From: Myxococcota bacterium
Lineage (GTDB): Bacteria; Myxococcota_A; Polyangia; Polyangiales; Houyiibacteriaceae
Length of the DNA stretch: 64,000 bases
Assembly (NCBI GenBank): GCA_039030515.1
Contig: JBCCEA010000003.1
Location: 64,001 to 128,000 of the forward strand
Direction of reading: 5' to 3'
Shown here: piece by piece, positions 21,636 to 31,575 of the stretch
Layout of the letters: each line of letters starts with the position of its first letter
Position numbering within the stretch: position 1 is the stretch's first letter
Notes under the pieces: model-generated
Seen by the model: only the letters and a program-made list of their open reading frames with translations
Databases searched by the model: none
Told to the model about the DNA's origin: nothing
Translations under genes and position numbers: made by a program

Positions 21636-23303
21636 TCAGGAGGCGTTGACCACGATTGCGCTGCACAGCGGCGTTTTTCCGTTTCTTTTGGCAAACCAAC
21701 GCTTGAGGGCGCGTCGGGCGGCATCCTTCAATTCCTGTTCGGACTCGAGCCCGGGCTTTCGAACCACTCGGTCTACAAAATCTCGCGCAGCTGCCCTCTG
21801 CTCTTCTGAGCCCTGTAGGTTGACCCCCCGGGTGATCACGTCGACGCACCGGTTTTGAGACGCAGCGTTGATGTGCACAGTCGCGATCGCCCATCCGAGC
21901 TCTCCCAGGAGCTGACGTTCTCGCACCACGTCCTCCGAGACGGGGTCGCCCCATTCGCGGAAGACTCGACCTGCTTCCACCGACCCTGCTTTCGAGACCG
22001 TCCCCTCTTTCAACTCGAGAACCTCCCCGTTTTCCAGCAGTTTCACGCATGGAACTCCCTCGCTGCGGGCGAGCTCTGCATGGGCTTCGAGATGCATTCG
22101 CGCTCCGTGAATCGGTACAAAGGCGCGCGGACGCATCATGCGAATGAGCTCCCGTTGCTCTTCGCGATGTGCATGTCCGCTCGCGTGAATCTCGGGATCG
22201 CTGTCTGAGTTGACGACATGAATCCCGCGCCGGGCCAAGGAGTCCCAGATTCGGAGCACCGCTGAATCATTGCCGGGGATCACACGGGATGAAAACACGA
22301 CCGTATCACCTGCCCGCAATTCGAGTTCGCGATGTGTGCCCTGACTTAGGCGTGCAATCGCCCCGCGCCGTTCTCCCTGGGTGCCTGTAGCGACGACCAG
22401 AAGATCGGAACCTTGCATTTTACGGGCCTCTTTGGCTTCTACGAGTAGGTGATGAAATCCAGGTAGAACGTTTGTTCTAACGCCGATCTCGTAGTGGTGT
22501 CTTGCCGAGCGGCCGAGAAGACAGACGTTACGTCCCAAACGAAGTGCCGCTTCGAGAATACTCCGAAGCCGATGCGCGTTGCTGGAGAATTGGCAGATCA
22601 CTACGAGTTGAGATGCGTTTTCTATGTGCCTTCGTAACGCTCTACTGACGTTTTGCTCAGGTAGGGTTCGGCCTGCAGATAGGGAATTGGTCGAATCGCT
22701 GAACAGTAGTGCAACCTCGTCTTCCCCCCGCAGACGCTGGAGACGTTCGCTGTCGAATTGCGGGCCATGGGGAGGCGCGTGGTCGATTTTAAAGTCCCCA
22801 CTGTGGACTGTCACGCCGTGGGGGGTGCGTAGGATCAAACCCGTTGCATCTGGAATCGAATGCGTGACCGAATAGCTTTCAATGACGAGTGCACCGAGTG
22901 AAAGAGGGCGTCCCGGCTGAAGCTCGGTAAGGTGCGCGCATGTTGCTTTGGAACGCGAGTCATGGAGCTTCTCGCGAATCAGCTCAAGTGCGTAGCGGGG
23001 TCCGTAGATCGGCAGGTCGAACTCTTCGAGTAGATAGGGAATCGCGCCGATATGGTCCTCGTGACCGTGGGTGACGATCAACGCGCGAAGCATCGAGCGT
23101 TGCCGAGCGAGGTAGTCAAAACAGGGATGGATCACATCTACCGAAGTCGTACAGTCCGGAAAGGTGATGCCGCAGTCGATCAAGAATGCATCGGCACCAT
23201 ACTCGACGACCATACAGTTCATGCCGATTTCGCCTAGGCCCCCAAGGGGTACGAAGCGGACGTGCTCGCTCACAAGGAAATCCATAGCATGTCTTCGCGA
23301 CAC
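21636..23303 (-). CDS. rnj: Ribonuclease J
   Basis: PLGGLGEIGMN, THGHEDHIGA, THSIPD, GDFKID, TGTQGE, HASGHA, PIHG. Confidence 0.95.
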   Translation of the reverse strand: MSRRHAMDFLVSEHVRFVPLGGLGEIGMNCMVVEYGADAFLIDCGITFPDCTTSVDVIHPCFDYLARQRSMLRALIVTHGHEDHIGAIPYLLEEFDLPIYGPRYALELIREKLHDSRSKATCAHLTELQPGRPLSLGALVIESYSVTHSIPDATGLILRTPHGVTVHSGDFKIDHAPPHGPQFDSERLQRLRGEDEVALLFSDSTNSLSAGRTLPEQNVSRALRRHIENASQLVVICQFSSNAHRLRSILEAALRLGRNVCLLGRSARHHYEIGVRTNVLPGFHHLLVEAKEARKMQGSDLLVVATGTQGERRGAIARLSQGTHRELELRAGDTVVFSSRVIPGNDSAVLRIWDSLARRGIHVVNSDSDPEIHASGHAHREEQRELIRMMRPRAFVPIHGARMHLEAHAELARSEGVPCVKLLENGEVLELKEGTVSKAGSVEAGRVFREWGDPVSEDVVRERQLLGELGWAIATVHINAASQNRCVDVITRGVNLQGSEEQRAAARDFVDRVVRKPGLESEQELKDAARRALKRWFAKRNGKTPLCSAIVVNAS

Positions 23304-23414
23304 CGAGTCCTAGCCTGCGAGAGGCGTGAGGGGTCTTCGCGTTGACCGGTCGAACCGCCGCGTGTTACGTCGAGCGCCGCGCGGCTAGGGACCGCGGGAA
23401 GTTGAGTGTTCACA

Positions 23415-25367
23415 ATGCATCGGTTTACGCAGCTTGTCGTTGTCGCCGGTATCGTCTTCTGGATTCCGAGATTTGCAGCGGCGCAAGTAGAACAGGATGC
23501 ATGGGACGAGGGAACACCTCAACTGCGCGCTCCTGAAATCGAACCTTTGGATATGGAGCCCCCGCGCGTCGAGCTCCCGGAAGTCGCGCCTCCGGAAGTT
23601 TCCGCGGCGCCTGTAGAGCCTCTCGACTCAGCAGATGAAGAAACGACAAGCCTGTTTGATGAGGCGGTTCAGAGCCCCGAACAGGTAGCGCCCCCTGCCG
23701 ATCCCACGCGACCCTGGACAGCTCCTGAGACGGTGCTCAGTTTGCACGGTTACTTCCGGGTTCGGGGTGAAATGTGGAACAGCCATGCACTCGGACGGGA
23801 TGTGTCCGACCCCAGCGAGGATGATCTGCCTTTCAGCGCCTTCGTGCCCATCGACAGCCGAGCACGGCCTGCTGGTGGATGTAGCGGATCCGATGTCGAC
23901 TCGGCTTGCGGCGGCAACGGTCGCATTCGTTTTGCAAATATGCGACTTCGCCTCGCACCGACGCTTTCGCTTTCGGACGATGTGCACGTGCACATGATGT
24001 TCGACGTGCTCGACAACGTGGTGCTGGGGTCCACTCCCGATAGCGAAGTCTGGGTGGCTGACCCGGGTGGGGGCTTTAGCCGATCGACGTCGACCACCGG
24101 AGTGCCGGTGGATTCCTACGCGACCACGATCAACCCGCCGCAAGCGTACCGAAACAGCCTCCAGGACAGCATCGTGGCGCGCCGCGCTTGGGGCCAGGTT
24201 CGGAACCGAGACCTCGGCGAACTTCGATTTGGTCGCATGGCTTCCCACTGGGGTCTCGGCATATTCCAAAATGCTGGGGAGGGGATCGATGCGGATTACT
24301 CCACCGACATGGATCGAGTGATGGGCATCACCAACCTCGGGGGATTTTACATCGGAGCTGCATGGGACTTTGCATCCGAGGGACTGATCAACTGGAGCCA
24401 GTCCACCGCAAATCGTGAAGACGGTCTTCTTATCGCCGACTCTCGCGAGGGGGCGTGGGACGCGACGAACGAGGACGACCTCAGACAGTACACGTTTTTC
24501 GTGGCGCGACGCATGGATGAGGACGAACAGAAAGACCGGCTCAGAGGCGGAGGCTGGGTCCTCAACGGCGGCCTGTACTTTATGATGCGGCGTCAGTTTC
24601 TATCGTCGATCGGGGTGAGCGATCCCTTGTCGGATCGCGATACTTCTCAAGATCTGCTTACCCGGCGAAAAGCAAAGGCTTTTGTACCCGACCTTTGGGC
24701 ACAATTTCTCTGGGGAGGACTGAGACTCGAGCTTGAGGCCGCCTTGGTCAGCGGTACCTTGCAGAACAGTGAAACGAACAACTTCGATGACGACGACTAC
24801 CGAATCTTGCAGTTCGGTTTGGCTTTTGAGGCCGAGTATCGATTGCTGGACGACAAGCTCGGAATTGCGCTTCACACGGGCTATGCGACCGGTGATGCTG
24901 ACGTCGATGGGCTGAGCTCCCGGGAGGACACGGTCACACAGCAGAACGCGGACACGCGTCTGACCACATTTGCGTTCCACCCGGCTTATCAAATCGACAT
25001 GATCCTCTGGCGCAGAATTATGGGGCGATTCGCCGGTGCCTACTACCTGAAGCCTTCGATCAGCTACGACATTTTGCGAAACGTACACGGGCGTTTGCTC
25101 GGGTTCCGCACCGCACTCATTTACAGCCGAGCCGCGCAAGAAGTACAGACGTACGGCTCCGATCCACACTTGGGTATCGAGCTCAACGCGGCGCTGTACT
25201 ACCGCAGCGAAAGTGGACCGTCCTTCTACGATGGTTTCGTGGCGGAGTTCCAGTACGGGGTTCTCTTTCCGGGACCGGGACTTGGATATCCCTCGACCTC
25301 CAATGTCGAAGATCAGTCGCTGTCGAACGCCCAAGCGTTGCGGCTGATCCTGGGCATCGAATTCTAA
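23415..25367 (+). CDS. Myxobacterial outer-membrane beta-barrel (TIGR04551-like)
   Basis: Signal peptide, LHGYFRVRGE, ANMRLRLAP, DVLDNVVLGSTP, FGRMASHWGLG, C-terminal Phe. Confidence 0.75.
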   Translation: MHRFTQLVVVAGIVFWIPRFAAAQVEQDAWDEGTPQLRAPEIEPLDMEPPRVELPEVAPPEVSAAPVEPLDSADEETTSLFDEAVQSPEQVAPPADPTRPWTAPETVLSLHGYFRVRGEMWNSHALGRDVSDPSEDDLPFSAFVPIDSRARPAGGCSGSDVDSACGGNGRIRFANMRLRLAPTLSLSDDVHVHMMFDVLDNVVLGSTPDSEVWVADPGGGFSRSTSTTGVPVDSYATTINPPQAYRNSLQDSIVARRAWGQVRNRDLGELRFGRMASHWGLGIFQNAGEGIDADYSTDMDRVMGITNLGGFYIGAAWDFASEGLINWSQSTANREDGLLIADSREGAWDATNEDDLRQYTFFVARRMDEDEQKDRLRGGGWVLNGGLYFMMRRQFLSSIGVSDPLSDRDTSQDLLTRRKAKAFVPDLWAQFLWGGLRLELEAALVSGTLQNSETNNFDDDDYRILQFGLAFEAEYRLLDDKLGIALHTGYATGDADVDGLSSREDTVTQQNADTRLTTFAFHPAYQIDMILWRRIMGRFAGAYYLKPSISYDILRNVHGRLLGFRTALIYSRAAQEVQTYGSDPHLGIELNAALYYRSESGPSFYDGFVAEFQYGVLFPGPGLGYPSTSNVEDQSLSNAQALRLILGIEF

Positions 25368-25432
25368 CGTTCCAGGTTTCCGAGTCTTCGAAGGTCCAAG
25401 CAACATACCGAGTTTGGGTTCGATAAGAGCAT

Positions 25433-26803
25433 ATGGCCAAGGCGAAGACGGTTTACGTGTGTCAGCAGTGCGGCTCTGTGCGATCCCGATGGATGGGTCG
25501 ATGTACCGACTGTGGCGAATGGAATACGTTTGTAGAGGAGCGTGCCGACTCCTCGGAAGTGTCTCCAGCAGCTCCCGCATCCACTCGGAATCGCCCGGTC
25601 CGTCTCGGAGATGTTTGCGCTGAAGATGCGCGTCGCTTGCCCTCCGGCGTTGCCGAGTTTGATCGCGCGGTTGGAGGCGGGCTGGTGGTCGGAGGGGTGG
25701 TGCTTCTTGGCGGTGAACCCGGGATCGGTAAGTCCACACTTACTATGCAGGTTCTTTCAGGGTTGGCCGCACAAGGACGCAGTGTGCTGTACGTGACCGG
25801 GGAGGAGTCGGCGTCTCAGGTTGCCATGCGTGCGGATCGGATCGGCGGAGAGGGCGCCCAAGAGATCGCTATTTTGGCGACGACTCAGCTCGAAGACGTG
25901 GAGACCTCCTGGTCTGAGCATCGGCCGGAGGTCGTCGTCATCGACTCTGTGCAGACGTTGCGTAGCCACGATCTCAGTTCCACGGCAGGAAGCGTTGCAC
26001 AGGTTCGAGAGGTGGCTGCTCGATTGACCGAACGTGCCAAGGTGGACTCCATCTCCATGGTGCTCATCGGTCACGTCACTAAGGAAGGCTCTCTTGCGGG
26101 CCCTAAAGTGCTCGAGCATTTGGTGGATACGGTGCTTTCTTTTGAAGGCGACCGTACCCATGCGTTTCGTATGGTGCGCGCGGTCAAGAATCGATTTGGG
26201 CCGGCCCATGAAACAGGGGTGTTCGAGATGCTTTCGGAGGGACTCAGGGACGTTCCGGATCCGAGTGCGATGCTGCTGTCTGAGAGGCCTGTCGACGCAA
26301 GCGGCTCGGTTGTGGTTCCAACCACTGAGGGATCTCGCTGCTTCTTGGTTGAAGTGCAGGCATTGGTGGCTCCCTCTCGTCTCGGGGCGTCGCGTCGCGT
26401 TGCCTCCGGTCTCGACGCCAGCCGAATGGCGATTCTGCTCGCGGTCATCGAGAGAAAAGCGGAGATTCAGGTGCTGGACCAGGACGTCTTTGCATCGCTC
26501 ACCGGTGGAATTCGTCTCGGGGAGCGAGGGCTCGACCTAGGATTGGCCATCGCGGTGGTGTCGAGCTTTCGGGATCGAGCACTTCCGCCTAATTGGGCGG
26601 TCTTTGGTGAGGTAGGTCTTGCAGGTGAGGTTCGAGCGGTTGCTCATCCGGAGCGACGCATCGCCGAAACCGCCAAACTCGGATTCTCCAACGTGATCTT
26701 GCCAAAAGCGACTGCGGAGCGTCTCGGTGATGCGCCCCCGGGTCTACGCCTTCATCCGGTAGCGGGACTTTCCGAGGCGTTCGAAACCGCCTTCCACTCC
26801 TGA
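25433..26803 (+). CDS. radA: DNA repair protein RadA/Sms
   Basis: CxxC..W.GRC..CGEWN zinc finger, GEPGIGKST, GHVTKEG.LAGP, KNRFG. Confidence 0.98.
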   Translation: MAKAKTVYVCQQCGSVRSRWMGRCTDCGEWNTFVEERADSSEVSPAAPASTRNRPVRLGDVCAEDARRLPSGVAEFDRAVGGGLVVGGVVLLGGEPGIGKSTLTMQVLSGLAAQGRSVLYVTGEESASQVAMRADRIGGEGAQEIAILATTQLEDVETSWSEHRPEVVVIDSVQTLRSHDLSSTAGSVAQVREVAARLTERAKVDSISMVLIGHVTKEGSLAGPKVLEHLVDTVLSFEGDRTHAFRMVRAVKNRFGPAHETGVFEMLSEGLRDVPDPSAMLLSERPVDASGSVVVPTTEGSRCFLVEVQALVAPSRLGASRRVASGLDASRMAILLAVIERKAEIQVLDQDVFASLTGGIRLGERGLDLGLAIAVVSSFRDRALPPNWAVFGEVGLAGEVRAVAHPERRIAETAKLGFSNVILPKATAERLGDAPPGLRLHPVAGLSEAFETAFHS

Positions 26804-26822
26804 GTACGAAGAGAAGCGCTTC

Positions 26823-26900
26823 TCTACCTTAATGCGCATCGATTCTACCTTAATGCGCATCGATTCTACCTTAATGCGCATCGATTCTACCTTAATGCGC
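26823..26900. repeat. 21-bp tandem repeat TCTACCTTAATGCGCATCGAT x~3.7
   Basis: Three perfect units plus 15 nt; contains the TAA of the convergent gene ending at 26892. Confidence 0.95.
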
Positions 26901-28880
26901 GTCAGTCGACCGTGCAGTGGTCTCACCGGGCGGTTCCGGCAACCGACCATAGCGATACGGGTAGTGCTCCATGGGTTGCTCGGGAGTTTGTCTGCGTGCG
27001 TCCATCGGCGTGAGCAGAGGAGTGCGTGGAGCTCCTCTTCGGGCTTTCGCACATTCGGCCTCGGTCAGGCGTTTTGGGCCTCGAATGCTTGCGGCGTTCG
27101 AGTTGCTGTCCATGAGGAGCCAAGGTCGATCGGGCCCGTAGTTGTCGGGATGCCATCCGCTATCGAGCAGCACATGGCCGATTTCGTGGGCCTGGGTGTA
27201 CGCAGACCGCTGTCGTTCGATACCGAGGCGATCCAGGATCACCGCGTTGATGAGATCGTTTCGATCCGATTCCAGAAAAGCTTCGCCCTGCCGTGTTCCC
27301 CCGGTAAATCGGTTGATGAGGATCACATCGATCGTGGATGGATCGTGGTCGGCGATGCCTCGGATCAAAGCGCGCTCTTCCGCTGTTCCGACTCCGGCGG
27401 TTCGATTGTCAAATTCCGAGAGCCCATCGCGCAGGTCTACCTTTGTGAGGGAGACGCGCTGCTGTGAATCGGTGGACGCATTCAGGTGTCCGAGTGTGGT
27501 CACGGTTGCCGGACTTCCATCCGGTCGGTAGACCTGCACATCTGCAGAGCCTGATGCCCCGAAGGAGGTTGGCGGGTTTCTAAAAGTAGAGGTGCGATAC
27601 CCCTGGACTTCGATCGCGGCTGCAATCTGAAGCGCGGTTTCTAAAGGACGTGCGAAGGGCGCGGTCGGTACCGGCCCGAGGGCGACGTCATCGATCATGA
27701 GCTGAACCGAACCGTCTCCGCGTGCCCAGAGCCCATCTCCTTCAGCCACCGTAAGCAGTGTCAAGGCGGGTTCCGGCGCGATGAGGACCTCTGCCTCACT
27801 CGGCGGCCCAAACGATATCGAGCACTGCAGCCAGATTTCGTTTGCGATCGAGATCTGTGAGCGCCCTATTTCGAGTGCCGTCGCAACGGAGCTGCCCACC
27901 ACCGGCGTGTTCGCGTCGCGTCTTTTCAGAATCACGACCCGCAGATGTGCTCGGCGGGCGGCCAAGGGGCCCGATTCGTCTCCCGGTCTGCCGACGCGAA
28001 GGCTTTGCTTGGCCGTGCCGTACGATGCGGTGACTTTATCTCGCAGCCGCACGCGAAGTAGTTGGTCGGGCACGCCCTCGCTTGTTCGGTCGAGTGAGTC
28101 GCCCACCAAACGCAGCCAATTGGAACGAAAACGCGGGGTTTCTGGCACCCTGAAGAGTCGAACGCGGTCTATTGTATCGCGCAGGATAGGAGGCATGCCC
28201 ACAGCCGAACTGGAAAACACAACCTCAGCTACCTCCTCTATGCGCAAGGGATCGACCACCTCGATTTGAAGACTGCGACGGTCCGGTGCGCTCGGCTCCG
28301 TCATCCCTTGCCGAGGTAGGGTGGGGCCGTTGGGCAAGTCGAGGGAAACCGAGAGCGCTTGGTGGGTGGCCTCCAGTGGGGCGCCGTGGTGGTTCAAAAA
28401 ACGCACTTCCACGACGCGTACGCGGATGCGTTCCTCTCGCACCTGGTTTGTGAGGATGACTTCGGCTGCGCCAAGCTGAAGCCCCTGGATATGGACCATT
28501 TGATCTAGCGCGTCTGACCTGAAGGTTTCGACGGGATGGCCTAGGTGAACCAGCCGCACTCCTCCCGACACCCGCACCGAGGTGTGGGGGGCAACCCTCA
28601 ATTCGGTGAGATCCTCTATCGGAATGTTCTGATCCTGTAGTGCATCGAACTGGCCGTCCTCGTTGTCGTCGTCTGCGTCGAGCACGACGACCAGCTCAGG
28701 CCTACTCAGCCGCTGGTCTTCCGGTGGTGTCGCACCTTCGGCGCGTACACCGAGCACCGTTGTAAACGTGATGACCAGTGAAACCCAGCCCAAAGTGATG
28801 CGTACAAGGGCGGTGTTGCAAAGAATGAAACGGCTCGATCCGCTCAACTTTGCGGCGTGATTCGGAGGAGCTAGAGCCAT
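26892..28880 (-). CDS. Secreted protein with C-terminal HExxH metallopeptidase-like domain
   Basis: Signal/TM segment, acidic DADDDNEDGQFD motif, TQAHEIGHVLLDSGWH, then LLMD (Met-turn-like). Confidence 0.65.
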   Translation of the reverse strand: MALAPPNHAAKLSGSSRFILCNTALVRITLGWVSLVITFTTVLGVRAEGATPPEDQRLSRPELVVVLDADDDNEDGQFDALQDQNIPIEDLTELRVAPHTSVRVSGGVRLVHLGHPVETFRSDALDQMVHIQGLQLGAAEVILTNQVREERIRVRVVEVRFLNHHGAPLEATHQALSVSLDLPNGPTLPRQGMTEPSAPDRRSLQIEVVDPLRIEEVAEVVFSSSAVGMPPILRDTIDRVRLFRVPETPRFRSNWLRLVGDSLDRTSEGVPDQLLRVRLRDKVTASYGTAKQSLRVGRPGDESGPLAARRAHLRVVILKRRDANTPVVGSSVATALEIGRSQISIANEIWLQCSISFGPPSEAEVLIAPEPALTLLTVAEGDGLWARGDGSVQLMIDDVALGPVPTAPFARPLETALQIAAAIEVQGYRTSTFRNPPTSFGASGSADVQVYRPDGSPATVTTLGHLNASTDSQQRVSLTKVDLRDGLSEFDNRTAGVGTAEERALIRGIADHDPSTIDVILINRFTGGTRQGEAFLESDRNDLINAVILDRLGIERQRSAYTQAHEIGHVLLDSGWHPDNYGPDRPWLLMDSNSNAASIRGPKRLTEAECAKARRGAPRTPLLTPMDARRQTPEQPMEHYPYRYGRLPEPPGETTARSTDAH

Positions 28881-28904
28881 CCAACTAGGGCCATCGATGT
28901 TGGA

Positions 28905-29516
28905 TCAGCGGAGAAGCCGCTCTGCGTGTTTGGCCATACGCTGTCGCCGGCAACCCTCCGCATGAACTACGCCGCAAAGTTGAGCGGCGGCTCGATCCAG
29001 TTCGTCGTTGACGATGACGTAGTCAAAAAACGGGTAGTGCTCGATCTCGATCTTCGCCTTTTCAAAACGACGCCGGATCGCGTCCTCGTCCTCAGAAGCA
29101 CGTCCTCGGAGCCTTCTTTCGAGTTCTTCCATCGACGGCGGGAGGATAAAGATTCCGACTGCCCAGGGAAAGCTCGACCGGATTTGCCGTGCTCCTTGAT
29201 AGTCGACATCGAATACGATTCCCGATCTCTTGTTCTTTCGGGCGCGGTCGAGCTCCGATAGGCTGGTGCCGTACAGATTGCCGTGGACCTCAGCCCATTC
29301 GGCGAAGTCGCCACCCGCGATCCTCGCTTCGAACGTTGTTCGATCGACAAAGTGATAGTCTCTCCCATCCACCTCTTGCGCTCTCCTTTTTCGGGTGGTG
29401 TGGGAGACCGAGAAATCGAGAAGTGGAAATTGCTGAAGCAGACGGCGAGTGAGTGTGGTTTTTCCCGCTCCAGAAGGGGAGCTGATGATGAGCAGCAGCA
29501 GTTCCTCAGGCGTCAC
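28905..29516 (-). CDS. gmk: Guanylate kinase (start moved to GTG at 29516)
   Basis: SSPSGAGKTT, SVSHTTRKRR, GRDYHFV, WAEVHGNLYGT, IFILPPS. Confidence 0.96.
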   Translation of the reverse strand: MTPEELLLLIISSPSGAGKTTLTRRLLQQFPLLDFSVSHTTRKRRAQEVDGRDYHFVDRTTFEARIAGGDFAEWAEVHGNLYGTSLSELDRARKNKRSGIVFDVDYQGARQIRSSFPWAVGIFILPPSMEELERRLRGRASEDEDAIRRRFEKAKIEIEHYPFFDYVIVNDELDRAAAQLCGVVHAEGCRRQRMAKHAERLLR

Positions 29517-29638
29517 CGCGCGACAATAACAGTGACTCGCTTGATGTCCATCGGGATCGCAGCCTAGGGGATGATCGGCACTAATTGAACGCACCGTGCT
29601 AAAGCGCGAACCGCGGTGCGATGAAGCTCGCCCTGCAG

Positions 29639-30511
29639 TCAGAGTATGTTTTGAACTTGCTCGCGGATTCGCTCTACAGAGGCCTTGATCGCGATCACCG
29701 AAGGTGTGATCAGCGTGTCGGGACATTTGCTGCCAAGGGTATTGGCCTCTCGGGCCATCTCTTGGGTCAGAAACTCTAGCTTGCGCCCCACTGGAGCCGA
29801 CTCTGTCTCGATCAGTTCGAGAAACTGTTCGCCATGACTGTGCAGTCGTTGAAGTTCCTCTGCGACATCCGATCGGTCGGCGAAGAGGGCCAGCTCTTGT
29901 TCCAAACGACCGGGATCGAGCTTGATGTCGAGCTCGGGAAGCCAAGTGCGTACCCGTTCTTGCAAGCGGTTGCGATATCGATTTAAAATTTGAGGTACCT
30001 GTCCGCGTATTTTTGCTTCATGAGCTCGTATTTCCTCGATCAGTCGAGTTAACTCGCGTTTGAGTGCTGCTCCCTCGCGCTGGCGCATTGTAGAGAGTTC
30101 TTCGCAAGCTTGAGTACACGCGGTTTCCACTGCGTTGGATGCCGCAACTGGATCGAAGTCTTGAATTCGAGTGAAGAGATCGGGCACACAGTTGAGAATG
30201 GTGAGCGGTAAGGGTTCCTCCGGCCGCACCCGATCGCGTACTGCGCAGAGCTGGGCGTAGGCGCTCGCAGCACGCTCTATATCGAGACGGGGCTGACAGT
30301 TCATCCCCTCTAGCTTCACGGTCGCTTCGATGCGTCCCCGAAGAACCCGAGAGCGGATGATCTGCTCCAGGGCTGCCGAGTGATCGGAGAGCTCAGTTGG
30401 AGCCCGCACGCGAATATCCAGGAATCGGTGGTTTACCGCTTTGAGCTCTATGATCACCTGGCCTTCCGCTAGGGGTGCAGCGGCAGTGCCGTAGCCGGTC
30501 ATGCTCCTCAT
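29639..30511 (-). CDS. yicC: YicC/YloC-family endoribonuclease
   Basis: MRSMTGYG, KAVNHRFLD, RSDVAEELQRL.SH, GRKLEFLTQEMAREANTLGSK, REQVQNI. Confidence 0.93.
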   Translation of the reverse strand: MRSMTGYGTAAAPLAEGQVIIELKAVNHRFLDIRVRAPTELSDHSAALEQIIRSRVLRGRIEATVKLEGMNCQPRLDIERAASAYAQLCAVRDRVRPEEPLPLTILNCVPDLFTRIQDFDPVAASNAVETACTQACEELSTMRQREGAALKRELTRLIEEIRAHEAKIRGQVPQILNRYRNRLQERVRTWLPELDIKLDPGRLEQELALFADRSDVAEELQRLHSHGEQFLELIETESAPVGRKLEFLTQEMAREANTLGSKCPDTLITPSVIAIKASVERIREQVQNIL

Positions 30512-31476
30512 GGCGTGTGACCGGCGGATGCTGCTTGCCGATAGAAACTCAAGGTGCGCTTCAGACCTTCTTCGATGGATATCCGAGGTTGGTATCCAAG
30601 TAGACGGCTTGCCAGCGCGATATCTGCAACTGAGTGCAGCACGTCCCCGTCTCGGACGCCATGAAACCGTGGGATGTGACTTTGTCTGAGTTCCCGGCAA
30701 AGGAGCTGAAACAAGGCACTCACGCTGCAGGATACTCCGGTCCCTATATTGACCACTTCTCCCTTGGGCTCAGGGCATTCAAGCGCTGCGAGATTGGCCG
30801 CAACGACGTCTCCAACAAAGCAAAAATCTCGCGTTTGAGAACCATCGCCGAAGATGGTCGGAGTCTCCCCCGCAAGAAACTGGGTGACAAACTTCGGAAT
30901 CACCGATGCATAAGCGGACCGGACATCTTGGTCGGGGCCGTACACGTTGAAGTACCGCAGGGATATCGTGCCCATGCCGTGTAGATGGGCGAAGGTCTGT
31001 AGATGATGCTCCGCCGCGACCTTGCTCGCCGCATAGGGGGAGCGTGGCTTCGGTTGCATCTCCTCTCGCTTGGGCAGCGTGGGCGTGTCTCCGTAAGCTG
31101 CCGCAGAGGCGGCAAGAATGAAGCGGCGGATGCCTTTCGCCTTCGAAGCTAGCAGTAGCTGTAGGGTGCCCACGTCGTTGACCGAAACGCACCGCATCGG
31201 GTCGTGGACGGACTCTGGAACTGACACGACTGCCGCTTGGTGGATCACAGTCTTGGCGTCATGCATCGCGCTTTCGACGTCATCACGGCTGCGCACGTCT
31301 CCCTCGATGAAGCGAATGTCTCCGCGAAGCCCCTCGATCCGGCGGAGGTTTCCGGTAGAGAGATCATCGAGTACCGTAACGCGCTCTCCGCGACCTAAAA
31401 GTGCCCGCGCGATGTGCGAGCCGATAAAACCAGCGCCGCCCGTAACTAGGTGTCTCTCGGTACCCACTATTGCCAT
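30508..31476 (-). CDS. NAD-dependent nucleotide-sugar epimerase/dehydratase (GalE/WbpP-like)
   Basis: TGGAGFIGSH, HQAAVVSVPES, SPYAASK, LRYFNVYGP, FGDGSQTRDF. Confidence 0.92.
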   Translation of the reverse strand: MAIVGTERHLVTGGAGFIGSHIARALLGRGERVTVLDDLSTGNLRRIEGLRGDIRFIEGDVRSRDDVESAMHDAKTVIHQAAVVSVPESVHDPMRCVSVNDVGTLQLLLASKAKGIRRFILAASAAAYGDTPTLPKREEMQPKPRSPYAASKVAAEHHLQTFAHLHGMGTISLRYFNVYGPDQDVRSAYASVIPKFVTQFLAGETPTIFGDGSQTRDFCFVGDVVAANLAALECPEPKGEVVNIGTGVSCSVSALFQLLCRELRQSHIPRFHGVRDGDVLHSVADIALASRLLGYQPRISIEEGLKRTLSFYRQAASAGHTP

Positions 31477-31575
31477 TGCGTAGCCATCTTTGCAGACGTT
31501 CCGCTGCAAGTTTTGGGATTTAGCTGAAATATGAAGTGTTCTCGATACTCTCTAGAAAGATGCGCGGACTGGTAC

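Noticed and set aside
26823..26900. CRISPR array
   Set aside because: Units are contiguous with no spacers, and there are no cas genes.
29517..29945. Long N-terminal extensions on gmk (also trpE, yicC, 20203-22050, DUF507)
   Set aside because: They overlap neighbouring genes and are low-complexity; downstream starts match family N-termini.
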